64,000 nucleotides of DNA, taken from contig PLPK01000011.1 of assembly GCA_003159795.1 (NCBI GenBank), positions 34,064-98,063 on the forward strand. Reading direction: 5' to 3'. The position numbers and the translations under genes are program-made. The DNA comes from Acidimicrobiaceae bacterium (GTDB taxonomy: Bacteria; Actinomycetota; Acidimicrobiia; Acidimicrobiales; Bog-793). The notes beneath the pieces are model-generated. The model did no database searches. It had not been told where the DNA came from and saw nothing but the letters and a program-made list of their open reading frames with translations. This document shows positions 1-8,859 of the stretch, piece after piece; within the stretch, counting starts at the first letter, position 1; every line of letters begins with the position of its first letter.

Positions 1-30
1 GAGCGCCGAGTTCTGCTGCGCGCACATCGG

Positions 31-1047
31 CTACCTCCCGCCGAGCAGCTCGGCGGCCGACCGGGCGAGGTAGGTGAGAATGAAATCGGCGCCCGCCCGC
101 TTGATGGCGGTGAGCGTCTCGATGGTCGCCGCGTCCCGGTCGACCACGCCGAGGGCGGCCGCGGCGGCGAGCATCGCGTACTCCCCGCTCACGTGGTACG
201 CCGCCACCGGCACGTCGACCGAGCGCTTCACCGCGGCCAGCACGTCGAGGTAGTGCAGGGCGGGCTTCACCATCACGATGTCGGCCCCCTCGCCAAGGTC
301 CAGGCGCACCTCGGCGAGCGCCTCCCGGCCGTTAGCGGGATCCTGCTGGTAGTCGCGGCGGTTCCCGCCGCCGGCGATCTCCACGTCGACCGCCTCACGG
401 AACGGCCCGTAGAAGGCGGAGGCGTATTTCGCCGCGTAGGCGAGGATCGCCGTGTCGGGGTACCCCGCCCCATCGAGGGCCGCGCGGATGGCCGCGACTT
501 GCCCGTCCATCATCCCGGACGGCGCGACGAGGTCGGCGCCGGCCTCGGCCTGGGCCACGGCCACCTCCCCGTAGCGCGCGATCGTCGCGTCGTTGTCGAC
601 CCGGCCACGGGAGTCGAGGACGCCGCAGTGGCCGTGATCGGTGTACTCGTCGAGGCAGCAGTCGGCGATGAGGACGAGATCGTCCCCGACGGCGTCCCGC
701 ACCGCCCGCAGGGCGACCTGGACGATCCCGGCGGGGTCGGAGGCACCCGTGCCGACGGCGTCCTTCGCCAGCGGGACCCCGAACAGGACGAGCGCCGGGA
801 CACCGAGCCCGGAAAGCTCCCGGGCCTCGGCGACGAGCGATCCCACCGTGTGCTGGACGACGCCTGGGAGGGAGGCGATCGCCACGGGGGCGTCGATGCC
901 CTCCCGGACGAACACGGGCGCGACGAGGTCGTCGACGACGACGTGGGTCTCGGCGACGAGCCGGCGTAGCGCCGGCGTCCGCCGGAGCCGGCGGAGCCGG
1001 CGGTCCGGGAACCCCGCCGTCGCGAACACCTCGTGGCGCTCCGGCAT
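31..1047 (-). CDS. hemB: porphobilinogen synthase (delta-aminolevulinate dehydratase)
   Basis: ALAD-like throughout, including the active-site Lys context IVMVKPALHYLDV. I chose the ATG at 1047 (MPERHEV...) because the longer ORF to 1185 overlaps the upstream hemC/D gene with Arg/Pro-rich junk. It is the last gene of the hem operon. Confidence 0.9.
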   Translation of the reverse strand: MPERHEVFATAGFPDRRLRRLRRTPALRRLVAETHVVVDDLVAPVFVREGIDAPVAIASLPGVVQHTVGSLVAEARELSGLGVPALVLFGVPLAKDAVGTGASDPAGIVQVALRAVRDAVGDDLVLIADCCLDEYTDHGHCGVLDSRGRVDNDATIARYGEVAVAQAEAGADLVAPSGMMDGQVAAIRAALDGAGYPDTAILAYAAKYASAFYGPFREAVDVEIAGGGNRRDYQQDPANGREALAEVRLDLGEGADIVMVKPALHYLDVLAAVKRSVDVPVAAYHVSGEYAMLAAAAALGVVDRDAATIETLTAIKRAGADFILTYLARSAAELLGGR

Positions 1048-1057
1048 CACGGCGAGC

Positions 1058-2767
1058 CTACGACGCCGCCCGGCCGCCGGCCTCGGGCCGCGGGTGCGCG
1101 ACGGCCCACCCGACGAGGGCGTCGACGAGCCCGCCGAGCGAGTGGACACCGGCCTCGACCGTGAGCGCCATGCCCGCGGCACCAAGCGTCGCCGAGGTCA
1201 CCGGCCCGATCGACACGACGACCGGCGGGATGTCGCCCGGGGCGACGAGGCGCCGGTAGCCGTCAACCGTCGACGACGAGGTGAACACCACCGCGTCGGC
1301 CCCCCGGGACGCCTCGAGCGCCGCCGGGGGCGGCACCGCCGGGACCGTCCGGTACGCCTCGACGACCTCGACCTCCCAGCCGAGTCCGCGCAGCCCCTCG
1401 GGCAGGATCTCGCGCGCCACCGCCGCCCGGGGCAGCAGCACCCGCCCGCCGGCGGGTGCCGGCGGGAACCGGGCGACGAGCGCCTCGGCGACATAACAGT
1501 CGGGCACGAGATCGACATCGAACCCCCGGTCGCGCAGGGCCTCCGCCGTGCCGGCACCGATCGCCGCGACACTCACGGCCCCGAGGGCCCCCGGATCGGG
1601 GATCTCGGCCACGAGGCGCGCGACCGCGTTGGCCGAGGTGAACACCACCCAGTCGAAACCGGCGACCTCGCGCGCCGCGGCGCGTAGCGCCTCACCCCCG
1701 TCGGACGGATCCTCGATGCTGATCGTCGCCAGCTCCACGACCTCGGCCCCCTGGGCGGCGAGCGCCGCCACCAGGGGAGGCGCCTGGGCGGCGGGCCGGG
1801 TGACGACCACGCGCCAGCCCGACAGCGGCAGGCCCGGCTTGGGGGCCGTGGCCAATCCGCCGTCGAACGGCGCACCGAGGGACCGGCCCCCTTCGTCGTC
1901 GAGAAGGTGATCGGCGAGCGCGGTGCCAACCTCGACGGGATCGTCGCCGGTCAGCGCCCGGCGGACGAGCACGTGGCCGTCCTCGCGGGCGAGGAACCCG
2001 TCGAGCGTCACGGGCCCCGTGACCGAATCGCAGGTCGCGTGGGCACCCACCGGCGCGTCGCAGCCGACGCCGAGGCGGGCGAGAAAGGCGCGCTCGGCGG
2101 CGACCGCCCGGGCGACCAGCGCGTCGTCGATCACCGAGACGAGCCCGATCGTCGCGGCATCATCCTCCCGGCAGCGCAGGCCGATCGCGCCCTGGCCGAC
2201 CTGGGGGAGCATCACCGCCGTCGGCAGGATCTCGGCCGCCCGGCCGAGGAGCCCCAGGCGTTCGAGCGCCGCCACGGCGACGACGACGGCCCCGCCCGGC
2301 GGCACCCGGCCAAGGCGCGTCGCGATCGAGCCGCGCAGCTCGGCGAAGCACAGGTCCGGGCGCAACCAGGCCAGCTGGGCACGCCGCCGGGCGGCGCCCG
2401 TCGCGACGACCGCCCCGGGAGCGAGCCGCGCCAGCGTCCGGCCGACGAGGGCGTCGCGCACGTCGAGACGCTCCGGTGTCGCGACGAGCACGAGCCCCGC
2501 CGGCGGGGCAGACGACGGGAGGTCCTTCAGGGAATGGACGGCGACGTCGGCGCGGCCGGCGAGCACCGCCTGCTCGATCTCGGCGACGAACGCCCCCGAT
2601 CCCCCGAGCGAGTGGATGGCGGCGTCCGGGCGCAGGTCGCCGCCGGACTCGACAACGACGAGCTCCGTCGGCAGGCCGGCGTGCACCGCCGCCAGGCGGG
2701 CCTGGACCCGGCGAGCCTGCTCGAGGGCGAGCGGGCTGCCCCGCGTGGCAAGCCGCAGCACCCTCAC
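1058..2767 (-). CDS. hemC: fused hydroxymethylbilane synthase / uroporphyrinogen-III synthase (HemC-HemD)
   Basis: The N-terminal ~310 aa carry the HemC signature (LATRGSPLALEQA...). The C-terminal ~250 aa look like HemD (WRVVVTRPAAQAPPLVAALAAQGAEVVELATI...VVFTSANAV...VVFTSSSTV). It is one uninterrupted frame with a GTG start at 2767. Confidence 0.85.
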   Translation of the reverse strand: MRVLRLATRGSPLALEQARRVQARLAAVHAGLPTELVVVESGGDLRPDAAIHSLGGSGAFVAEIEQAVLAGRADVAVHSLKDLPSSAPPAGLVLVATPERLDVRDALVGRTLARLAPGAVVATGAARRRAQLAWLRPDLCFAELRGSIATRLGRVPPGGAVVVAVAALERLGLLGRAAEILPTAVMLPQVGQGAIGLRCREDDAATIGLVSVIDDALVARAVAAERAFLARLGVGCDAPVGAHATCDSVTGPVTLDGFLAREDGHVLVRRALTGDDPVEVGTALADHLLDDEGGRSLGAPFDGGLATAPKPGLPLSGWRVVVTRPAAQAPPLVAALAAQGAEVVELATISIEDPSDGGEALRAAAREVAGFDWVVFTSANAVARLVAEIPDPGALGAVSVAAIGAGTAEALRDRGFDVDLVPDCYVAEALVARFPPAPAGGRVLLPRAAVAREILPEGLRGLGWEVEVVEAYRTVPAVPPPAALEASRGADAVVFTSSSTVDGYRRLVAPGDIPPVVVSIGPVTSATLGAAGMALTVEAGVHSLGGLVDALVGWAVAHPRPEAGGRAAS

Positions 2768-2819
2768 GACAGGCCCCCGGCGGGCACCCGCGAACCCGCG
2801 GAGCCCTGACGCACGGTCA

Positions 2820-4082
2820 CTACAGGCCGAACAGCGCGCGCAGCGCCTCGGCGAGACGTTCGCCGCGGGGAGAACCGGCCGCCCGCTTCACCTGGACGGT
2901 CGGCTCGTGGACGAGCTTGGCGACGATCCGGCGCGTCGCCGACTCGACTGCGGCCCGTTCGTCCTCGCCGAGGCGTGCCAGCACGGAGCCGATGCGCGCC
3001 AGCTCACCGGCGCGGATCTGCTCGGCGTGACTGTGCAGCGCGGCGATGACCGGGGCCGCCGCCCGGCCCCGGGCGGCGAGGAAGTAACGGCCGAGCTCCT
3101 CGTCGATAATCCCCCGGACGCGGTCGATCTCGGCCCGCCTCGTCGCCATCGAGCGCTCGGCGAGGGCGCGCAGGTCGTCGACGTCGCGCAGCGTGACGTC
3201 GGGCAACGACGCCACGGCGGGATCCACGTCGCGGGGCACGGCGACATCGACGATGAGGAGGGGCCGGGGCGGGGACTTCGCGCGAGCCCGGTCGAGGTCC
3301 TCCGGCCCGAGCAGGATCCCGGGCGCGGCCGTCGCCGAGAACAGCACGTCGGCGTCGGCGAGCATCGAATTCAGCTCGCTGAGCGCGGCGCCGCGTCCGT
3401 GGTGCGCGCCTGCCAGTGCCCCCGCCTTGCGGCGGTCGCGGCTCACGACGACCAGATCAGCTAAGTCGCCCGCCCCCGCGAGGGCGTCGACGATCTCCTC
3501 GCCCACCTCGCCCGCCCCGACGACGACGACATTGCGGCCGGCGAGCGACCCCCCGAGCTGGCCGGTAGCGAGCGCCACGGCGACGTGGGCGAGCGAGGTG
3601 ACGCCTCGGGCGATCCCCGTCTCGGCCCGGGCCCGCCTGCCGACCCCGACGGCGTGGCGGAACAGACCGTCGAGCACGGGGCCCGCGGCCCCCGCGTGGT
3701 GGGCGACCTCGTGGGCGGCGCGCACCTGCCGGAGGATCTCGCCCTCGCCGAGGACGGGCGAGTCGATTCCCGACGCCACCTCGAACACGTGCCGCACGGC
3801 GGACCCATCGTGGCTGACGACGAGCGACCCGGCGAGGCCCGCCGGGTCGTCGAGCCGTTCGCCCAGGAAGCGGTGGATGTCGGCGACGCCATCGTGGAAC
3901 CGCTCGGCGACGGCATAGACCTCGGTGCGCATGCACGTCGACAGGACGACCGCCTCGGACAGGTGCGGGCTGTCGCCCAGCCCGGCGAGCGCCTTGGGCA
4001 GCTCCTCGGCGGAGAACGCCAGGCGTTCCAGCACCTCGAGTGGCGCGTCCCGCTCGTGGAGACCGACCACGACGACCGGCAC
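2820..4082 (-). CDS. hemA: glutamyl-tRNA reductase
   Basis: HemA-like N-terminus (PVVVVGLHERDAPLEVLERLAF), a Rossmann segment (VVVVGAGEVGE) and a C-terminal dimerisation helix. I preferred the GTG at 4082, which sits about 7 nt after GAGGAG. The ORF is open up to 4148. Confidence 0.85.
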   Translation of the reverse strand: MPVVVVGLHERDAPLEVLERLAFSAEELPKALAGLGDSPHLSEAVVLSTCMRTEVYAVAERFHDGVADIHRFLGERLDDPAGLAGSLVVSHDGSAVRHVFEVASGIDSPVLGEGEILRQVRAAHEVAHHAGAAGPVLDGLFRHAVGVGRRARAETGIARGVTSLAHVAVALATGQLGGSLAGRNVVVVGAGEVGEEIVDALAGAGDLADLVVVSRDRRKAGALAGAHHGRGAALSELNSMLADADVLFSATAAPGILLGPEDLDRARAKSPPRPLLIVDVAVPRDVDPAVASLPDVTLRDVDDLRALAERSMATRRAEIDRVRGIIDEELGRYFLAARGRAAAPVIAALHSHAEQIRAGELARIGSVLARLGEDERAAVESATRRIVAKLVHEPTVQVKRAAGSPRGERLAEALRALFGL

Positions 4083-4173
4083 ACTCACCTCCTCGTCCAA
4101 GGGCCCCGTCCCGGGGCGACCGCGGCGGCCGGCCCGTGGCTCTGGCACGCTCCGCCCGGTTGTCGCCCCGACT

Positions 4174-4923
4174 CTACGAGCTGATTTCGATGGTGGCGGT
4201 CCCGGCCTCGCCCTTGGCCTCGGGAACCACGGCGCCGCCGGCGGGGCGGGAATGGTAGAAGGCGAGCACCTGGAGCTCGGCGGCGAGGTCGACCTGACGG
4301 ACGGTCACGCCCGCCGGGAGCGCCAGCACGACCGGTGCGAAGTTGAGGATCGAGTGCACCCCGGCGGCAACGAGGTTCTCTGCGACCGACTGGCTCGCAC
4401 TCGCGGGGGTCGTGATCACGCCGATCCGCACCTTCTCGCGCACACACGCTTCGGGAAGCCGTTCCGCGTGCTCAACGACGATCCCGTCGCGCATCGTGCC
4501 GACCACCGCCGGGTCGACGTCGGCGAGCACGGCGACCCGGAACCCGCCCGAACGGAAGCCGCGCGAATGGATGAGCGCCTGCCCGAGATTGCCGATGCCG
4601 ACGATCGCAACCGGCCAGTCCAGGTCGAGCGCCAAGGCCCCGTCGACCCGGGCGAGCAGGTGGGGCACCTCGTAGCCGGTCCCGCGCGTCCCGTAGGTCC
4701 CGAAACGCGACAGGTCACGGCGCAGCGTCGCCGGGTTCACACCGACGACCCCGGCGAGCTCGGACGACGACACGTGCGTGATGCCGCGCTCGACCATCAC
4801 CGAGAGCGCCCGGTGGTAGAGCGGCAGGCGCGCGACGGTCGGCCCGGGAATCCGCCTGCGCGAGCGCGCGCTTTCGTCCCTCAGCACCTGATGCACGCTA
4901 ACGACGAGTCGCGCCCTCGACAA
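4174..4923 (-). CDS. rex: redox-sensing transcriptional repressor Rex
   Basis: Winged-helix N-terminus (TVARLPLYHRAL...SSSELAGVVGVNPATLRRDLS) followed by an NADH Rossmann domain (VAIVGIGNLGQAL). It lies directly upstream of hemA on the same strand, the arrangement known for Streptomyces rex-hem operons. Confidence 0.85.
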   Translation of the reverse strand: MSRARLVVSVHQVLRDESARSRRRIPGPTVARLPLYHRALSVMVERGITHVSSSELAGVVGVNPATLRRDLSRFGTYGTRGTGYEVPHLLARVDGALALDLDWPVAIVGIGNLGQALIHSRGFRSGGFRVAVLADVDPAVVGTMRDGIVVEHAERLPEACVREKVRIGVITTPASASQSVAENLVAAGVHSILNFAPVVLALPAGVTVRQVDLAAELQVLAFYHSRPAGGAVVPEAKGEAGTATIEISS

Positions 4924-5108
4924 CGCTCGGCGACCCGGCCCGGCCCGCGTCCGTCCCCGGGCGCATGGTCGGCGCGCCGCCTGGTGAGGCGGGCGGGGCG
5001 GACCGGTGTGCCAACGCTCACGCGCCTGCCACCAGGTTCCGATCTCATCAGGTTGCTCGCCGAGCCGGGCGGAATCGCCGCCCGGTCAGCACTGCGTGCA
5101 GATCGCGC

Positions 5109-5312
5109 CTAGCCCGCCTCGGTGAACCGTGCGGCGAGGTAGCCGTCGACGTCCTCTTCCCGCAACCGGTAGGACTTGCCGACGCGCACTGCGGGCAGCT
5201 GCCCGGAACTAATGAGCCGGTAGACAGTCATGTTCGAGATGCGCAGCATCTGCGCGACCTCACCGACCGTGAGGAATTGTGACCTCGTGTATTGGATGGA
5301 CAGCTCAATCAC
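5109..5312 (-). CDS. excisionase-family helix-turn-helix DNA-binding protein (Rv0500A-like)
   Basis: FLTVGEVAQMLRISNMTVYRLISSGQLPAVRVGKSYRL is a typical MerR/excisionase-type HTH. Its position next to proC is conserved in actinobacteria. I preferred the GTG at 5312 behind GGAGAGGG. The ORF is open to 5393. Confidence 0.75.
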   Translation of the reverse strand: MIELSIQYTRSQFLTVGEVAQMLRISNMTVYRLISSGQLPAVRVGKSYRLREEDVDGYLAARFTEAG

Positions 5313-5401
5313 CCCTCTCCGCCGACACGACTGTAGGCCAGCGGGGCTCCTGTGGAAAGAGGGGAAATGGATTTCGTCGTGCCCCACCCTCACCTGGGCT
5401 T

Positions 5402-6211
5402 TTATCGCGCCCCGGGTTGCGCACCCCCGAGCTCACCTGCCCGGACGACCGCCGCGGCGACGGCCTCGACGATCGTGCGCCTGACCCCGCGCGCCTCGAG
5501 CACGTTGATCGCCGCCTCGGTCGATCCCCCGGGGGAGGTGACCTCGGCACGCAGCACGTCGGCCGGTCGCCCAGTCTCGAGGATCATCCGCGCCGCCCCG
5601 TACAGCGTCTGGTCGACGAGGAGCCGCGCGGTGCCGGAGTCGAGCCCGGCGGCGGCACCGGCCGCGATGAGCGCCTCGGCGAGGTAGTAGAGGTAGGCGG
5701 GGCCGCACCCGCAGACGCCCGTGGCGGCGTCGACCAGCGCCTCGGGCAGCCGGACGACGGTGCCGACGGCCGCCAGGATCCCCTCAGCCCAGACGAGATC
5801 AGCCTCGGTCGTGCGCGGACCCCCGGCGATGACCGAGACGCCTGCGCCGAGCTGCACCGGGGTGTTCGGCATCGCCCGTACCACGGCGACCTCCCCGCCG
5901 AGCCACTCGTCGAGGCTTCCGGTCGTGATCCCGGCGGCGATCGACAGGGCGTGCCGGAAGCCGAGACCAGCGAGGCGGCGGCAGACCGCCTCGGTGTCGT
6001 ACGGCTTCACCGCCAGTAGCACCCCGTCGGCTGCAACCGGCTCCTCGGCGACGACCACCCCCGCGAAGCGCGCTCGCAGGGCGTCACGCGCCGCCGCGAC
6101 ACGCTCGGCCACGGCGATCTCGTCCGGCTCAGCCCACCCGCCGGCGACCAGACCGGCGAGGAGGGCCGAGCCCATCCGACCTCCCCCCACGACACACAGC
6201 CGGACGCTCAC
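5402..6211 (-). CDS. proC: pyrroline-5-carboxylate reductase
   Basis: N-terminal Rossmann segment VVGGGRMGSALLAGL and a P5CR C-terminal dimerisation domain (TSPGGSTEAAINVLE). Confidence 0.9.
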   Translation of the reverse strand: MSVRLCVVGGGRMGSALLAGLVAGGWAEPDEIAVAERVAAARDALRARFAGVVVAEEPVAADGVLLAVKPYDTEAVCRRLAGLGFRHALSIAAGITTGSLDEWLGGEVAVVRAMPNTPVQLGAGVSVIAGGPRTTEADLVWAEGILAAVGTVVRLPEALVDAATGVCGCGPAYLYYLAEALIAAGAAAGLDSGTARLLVDQTLYGAARMILETGRPADVLRAEVTSPGGSTEAAINVLEARGVRRTIVEAVAAAVVRAGELGGAQPGAR

Positions 6212-6223
6212 GGTGGCCCGACC

Positions 6224-7480
6224 TCAACCGCACTCGACGAGGGTGCGCGCCGTCAGGTCGTTGTAGAGGCGGCGCAGGCGGGCCGCGGCGGTCGACCAGG
6301 TGTAGGCCTGCGCGCGGCGCACCGCCGCCTCGCCGAGGCGCCGGCCGAGCTCCAGCGAGGAGACGATGGCGGCGACGTGGCCGGCGAAGACCTCGACGCC
6401 GCCGCTCTCGACGAGAAAACCCGTCTCGCCGTGACCGACAAGGGTGGTGAGGCCCCCGACGGCGGAGGCGACGACGGGCGTGCCGCAAGCAGCGGCCTCG
6501 AGCGCGACGAGGCCGAAGGACTCCGACCGGCTCGGCACGAGACAGACGTCCGCCGCCCGGTAGTACGTCGAGAGCCGCTCGTGCGGCTGCGGTGGGACGA
6601 AGGCGACCCTCTCCTCCAGGCCGAGCTCGGCGACGAGCGCCCGCAGCTTCGCGACCTCGTCGTCACCGGCGACGCCGCTCGGACCGCCGACGACTGCGAG
6701 ACGCGCGCCCTCGACGCCGAGGCGGTCGAGGGACGCCAGCACACGGACCGCGACGTCGCACCCCTTGAGCGGCTGGATGCGGCCGACAAACAAGAGCAAC
6801 GGGTCGCGGCCGATGATCCCGAGCGCCCGGCGGGCCAGCCACTTGTCGCCGGGAGCGAAGAAGGCGTGATCGACGCCGGGGGCGACGATCTCGACACGGG
6901 ACGCATCCGCCCCGTAGAGCTCGACAAGCTGGTCGAGCTCCACCGAGCAGGAGGCGAGGATCGCGTCGGAGCACCCGATGACCTCCGCCTCGGCGCGGGC
7001 CCGCCGGCCGGGATCGGTCTCGTCGAGTTCCTCGGGGCTCGCCTCGGCCTTCACCCGGTCGAGCGTGTGGAACGTCGAGACGAGGGGGATGCCGAGCCGG
7101 TGCTTCAGGGCATGGCCCGCGATCCCCGACAGCCAGTAGTTGGCGTGGATCGCGTCGGTCCGGGGCGCGCCGAGGAGCTCGGACCGGGCCATCCGGTCGG
7201 CGACCGCCTCGGTGAACTCGCCGACGAGCCCGTACAGCAGTCCCTTGGCCACCGGCCGGCGCGGACCCGCCTCGACGTGATGCACGGTCAACCCCGGTTC
7301 GACCTCGACGAGGGACGGCAGGTCATCGGACCAGGCCCGCGTGTAGACGTCGCACTCGACACCCGCCCGGGCGAGCGACGCGGACAGCTCGCGCACGTAG
7401 ACGTTCATCCCACCGCCGTCGCCGCTGCCGGGTTGGGCGAGGGGCGAGGTGTGCATCGAGAGCATGGCGAGCTTGTGCAT
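6224..7480 (-). CDS. mshA: GT4 glycosyltransferase, D-inositol-3-phosphate glycosyltransferase-like (mycothiol MshA)
   Basis: The N-terminus MLSMHTSPLAQPGSGDGGGMNVYVRELS matches the characteristic MshA HTSPLxQPGxGDxGGMNVY signature. The C-terminal half is a GT1/GT4 domain (PSRSESFGLVALEAAACGTPVVA). Confidence 0.8.
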   Translation of the reverse strand: MHKLAMLSMHTSPLAQPGSGDGGGMNVYVRELSASLARAGVECDVYTRAWSDDLPSLVEVEPGLTVHHVEAGPRRPVAKGLLYGLVGEFTEAVADRMARSELLGAPRTDAIHANYWLSGIAGHALKHRLGIPLVSTFHTLDRVKAEASPEELDETDPGRRARAEAEVIGCSDAILASCSVELDQLVELYGADASRVEIVAPGVDHAFFAPGDKWLARRALGIIGRDPLLLFVGRIQPLKGCDVAVRVLASLDRLGVEGARLAVVGGPSGVAGDDEVAKLRALVAELGLEERVAFVPPQPHERLSTYYRAADVCLVPSRSESFGLVALEAAACGTPVVASAVGGLTTLVGHGETGFLVESGGVEVFAGHVAAIVSSLELGRRLGEAAVRRAQAYTWSTAAARLRRLYNDLTARTLVECG

Positions 7481-7526
7481 TCATGCCCAGCGTAACGGTA
7501 CGGTCCCCGCCGGTCGCACCACCCCC

Positions 7527-7895
7527 TCAGCCGACGGGGCCGGCCCGGTCGCGGGGCGCGTACCGGTGGCGCACCACGCCGACGAGGAGCTCGCGGGGCA
7601 CCGCCCCGAAGTGCCGGCTGTCCCGGCTGGCGCCGGGGTTGTCGCCGGCGACGACGATCCCGTCCGGCACGACCTCGACGACGCGTTTCACGATGAACTG
7701 GCCCGGATCCTCGGGATCGACCAGCACAACAAGGTCCCCGGGCGCGGCCCGACGCGTCCGGCTGACCCGGCAGCGGTCGCCGTCGGCGAGGGTTGGCAGC
7801 ATGCTCGGGCCGGCGACGACGACGCGGGCCGGGACGTGGGCAAGGCGCGCGCCCGCGGCGAGGAGCGCCCGACGACGACGACGCAGCGTGCCCAC
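7527..7895 (-). CDS. sodX: S26-family signal-peptidase-like Ni-SOD maturation protease
   Basis: It carries the catalytic Ser motif GPSMLPTL and GDNPGASRDSRHFG. It is small (122 aa) and divergent from sodN, as expected for SodX. Confidence 0.75.
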   Translation of the reverse strand: MGTLRRRRRALLAAGARLAHVPARVVVAGPSMLPTLADGDRCRVSRTRRAAPGDLVVLVDPEDPGQFIVKRVVEVVPDGIVVAGDNPGASRDSRHFGAVPRELLVGVVRHRYAPRDRAGPVG

Positions 7896-7975
7896 CTCGT
7901 TAGTGTTGTTCGCGCCGGCGGCGCCGGCTTCTGCCTTTGCGGCGGGAATTGGACCTCGATCGAAGGAGTCGTGGC

Positions 7976-8395
7976 ATGTCGCTCACCTCAGTACTGTTCT
8001 CGCTCGCCGACCGGATTGCGCCACCGCGCACGGCGCATGCCCACTGCGACCTGCCCTGCGGCATCTACGACCCCGCGCAGGCCCGCATCGAGGCCGAGTC
8101 GGTGAAGGCCTGCATGGAGAAGTTCAACGCCTCCGACGACCCCGTGTTCCGCCAGCGCGCCATCATGATCAAAGAAGAGCGGGCCGAGCTCGTGAAGCAC
8201 CACCTCTGGGTGCTGTGGACCGACTACTTCAAGCCCGAGCACGCCGAACGCTTCCCCGAGCTGCACGAGCTGGTCTGGACGACGACCAAGGCCGCCGGCG
8301 AGTCGAAAAAGACGTGCGACGTCGCTGTCGCCGACAAGCTGCTCGCGGGCATCGCCGAGATCGACCGGATCTTCAAGGAGACGAAGAAGGCCTGA
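7976..8395 (+). CDS. sodN: nickel superoxide dismutase precursor
   Basis: The Ni-hook HCDLPCGIYDP follows a short pro-peptide (MSLTSVLFSLADRIAPPRTAHA). The ATG at 7976 is preceded by GAAGGAG. The track ORF begins earlier, at 7937. Confidence 0.92.
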   Translation: MSLTSVLFSLADRIAPPRTAHAHCDLPCGIYDPAQARIEAESVKACMEKFNASDDPVFRQRAIMIKEERAELVKHHLWVLWTDYFKPEHAERFPELHELVWTTTKAAGESKKTCDVAVADKLLAGIAEIDRIFKETKKA

Positions 8396-8414
8396 GCCCC
8401 TGGCGGGGGCGCGC

Positions 8415-8672
8415 TCAGTCCGGCGCGCCGTGCGCCCCGCAGCTCCGCTCCGTCGGCATGGCCGCCAGCCATTCCGGCGCGATCGGTGAACCGCAGAGCT
8501 CACAGGTCGAGTACGTGCCGTCCTCGAGGCGCTCGATCGCCCGCTCGATCGCGTGCAGCTCGTCCTCGGCCCTGGCCAGAAGGGAGCGCACCTCGTCGAG
8601 GGCCGCGTCTGGCGAGGCCGACGAGGTCTCCCCCGCCACCACAGCCCCCGACGGCCCGGCCTTCGACGCCAT
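8415..8672 (-). CDS. TraR/DksA-family zinc-finger protein
   Basis: A coiled-coil N-terminus is followed by LEDGTYSTCELCGSPIAPEWLAAMPTERSC, the DksA/TraR C4-type finger layout. The second Cys pair looks degenerate (C...H). Confidence 0.6.
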   Translation of the reverse strand: MASKAGPSGAVVAGETSSASPDAALDEVRSLLARAEDELHAIERAIERLEDGTYSTCELCGSPIAPEWLAAMPTERSCGAHGAPD

Positions 8673-8859
8673 CTAGCGCCCGCTGCTCGCCACGTCCGCG
8701 CGCGCCCGCTGCCCGTGCATGGCCGGAGCGTAGCGGACCACCCGGTCGGGAGAGGGCGACCTGCCAGCGGGCTCGCCGCACCCGCGGCGTGCGGCGGCTC
8801 AGCGCCGCCGATCGCGAGCCAGCGCCGGTAGCCTTCCCGGATGACCAATCGCGCGGCCG

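Noticed and set aside
7896-7975. Nur-box-like operator in the sodX-sodN intergenic region
   Set aside because: No TTGCAA-type inverted repeat is visible by eye in the 80 bp. I cannot support a site.
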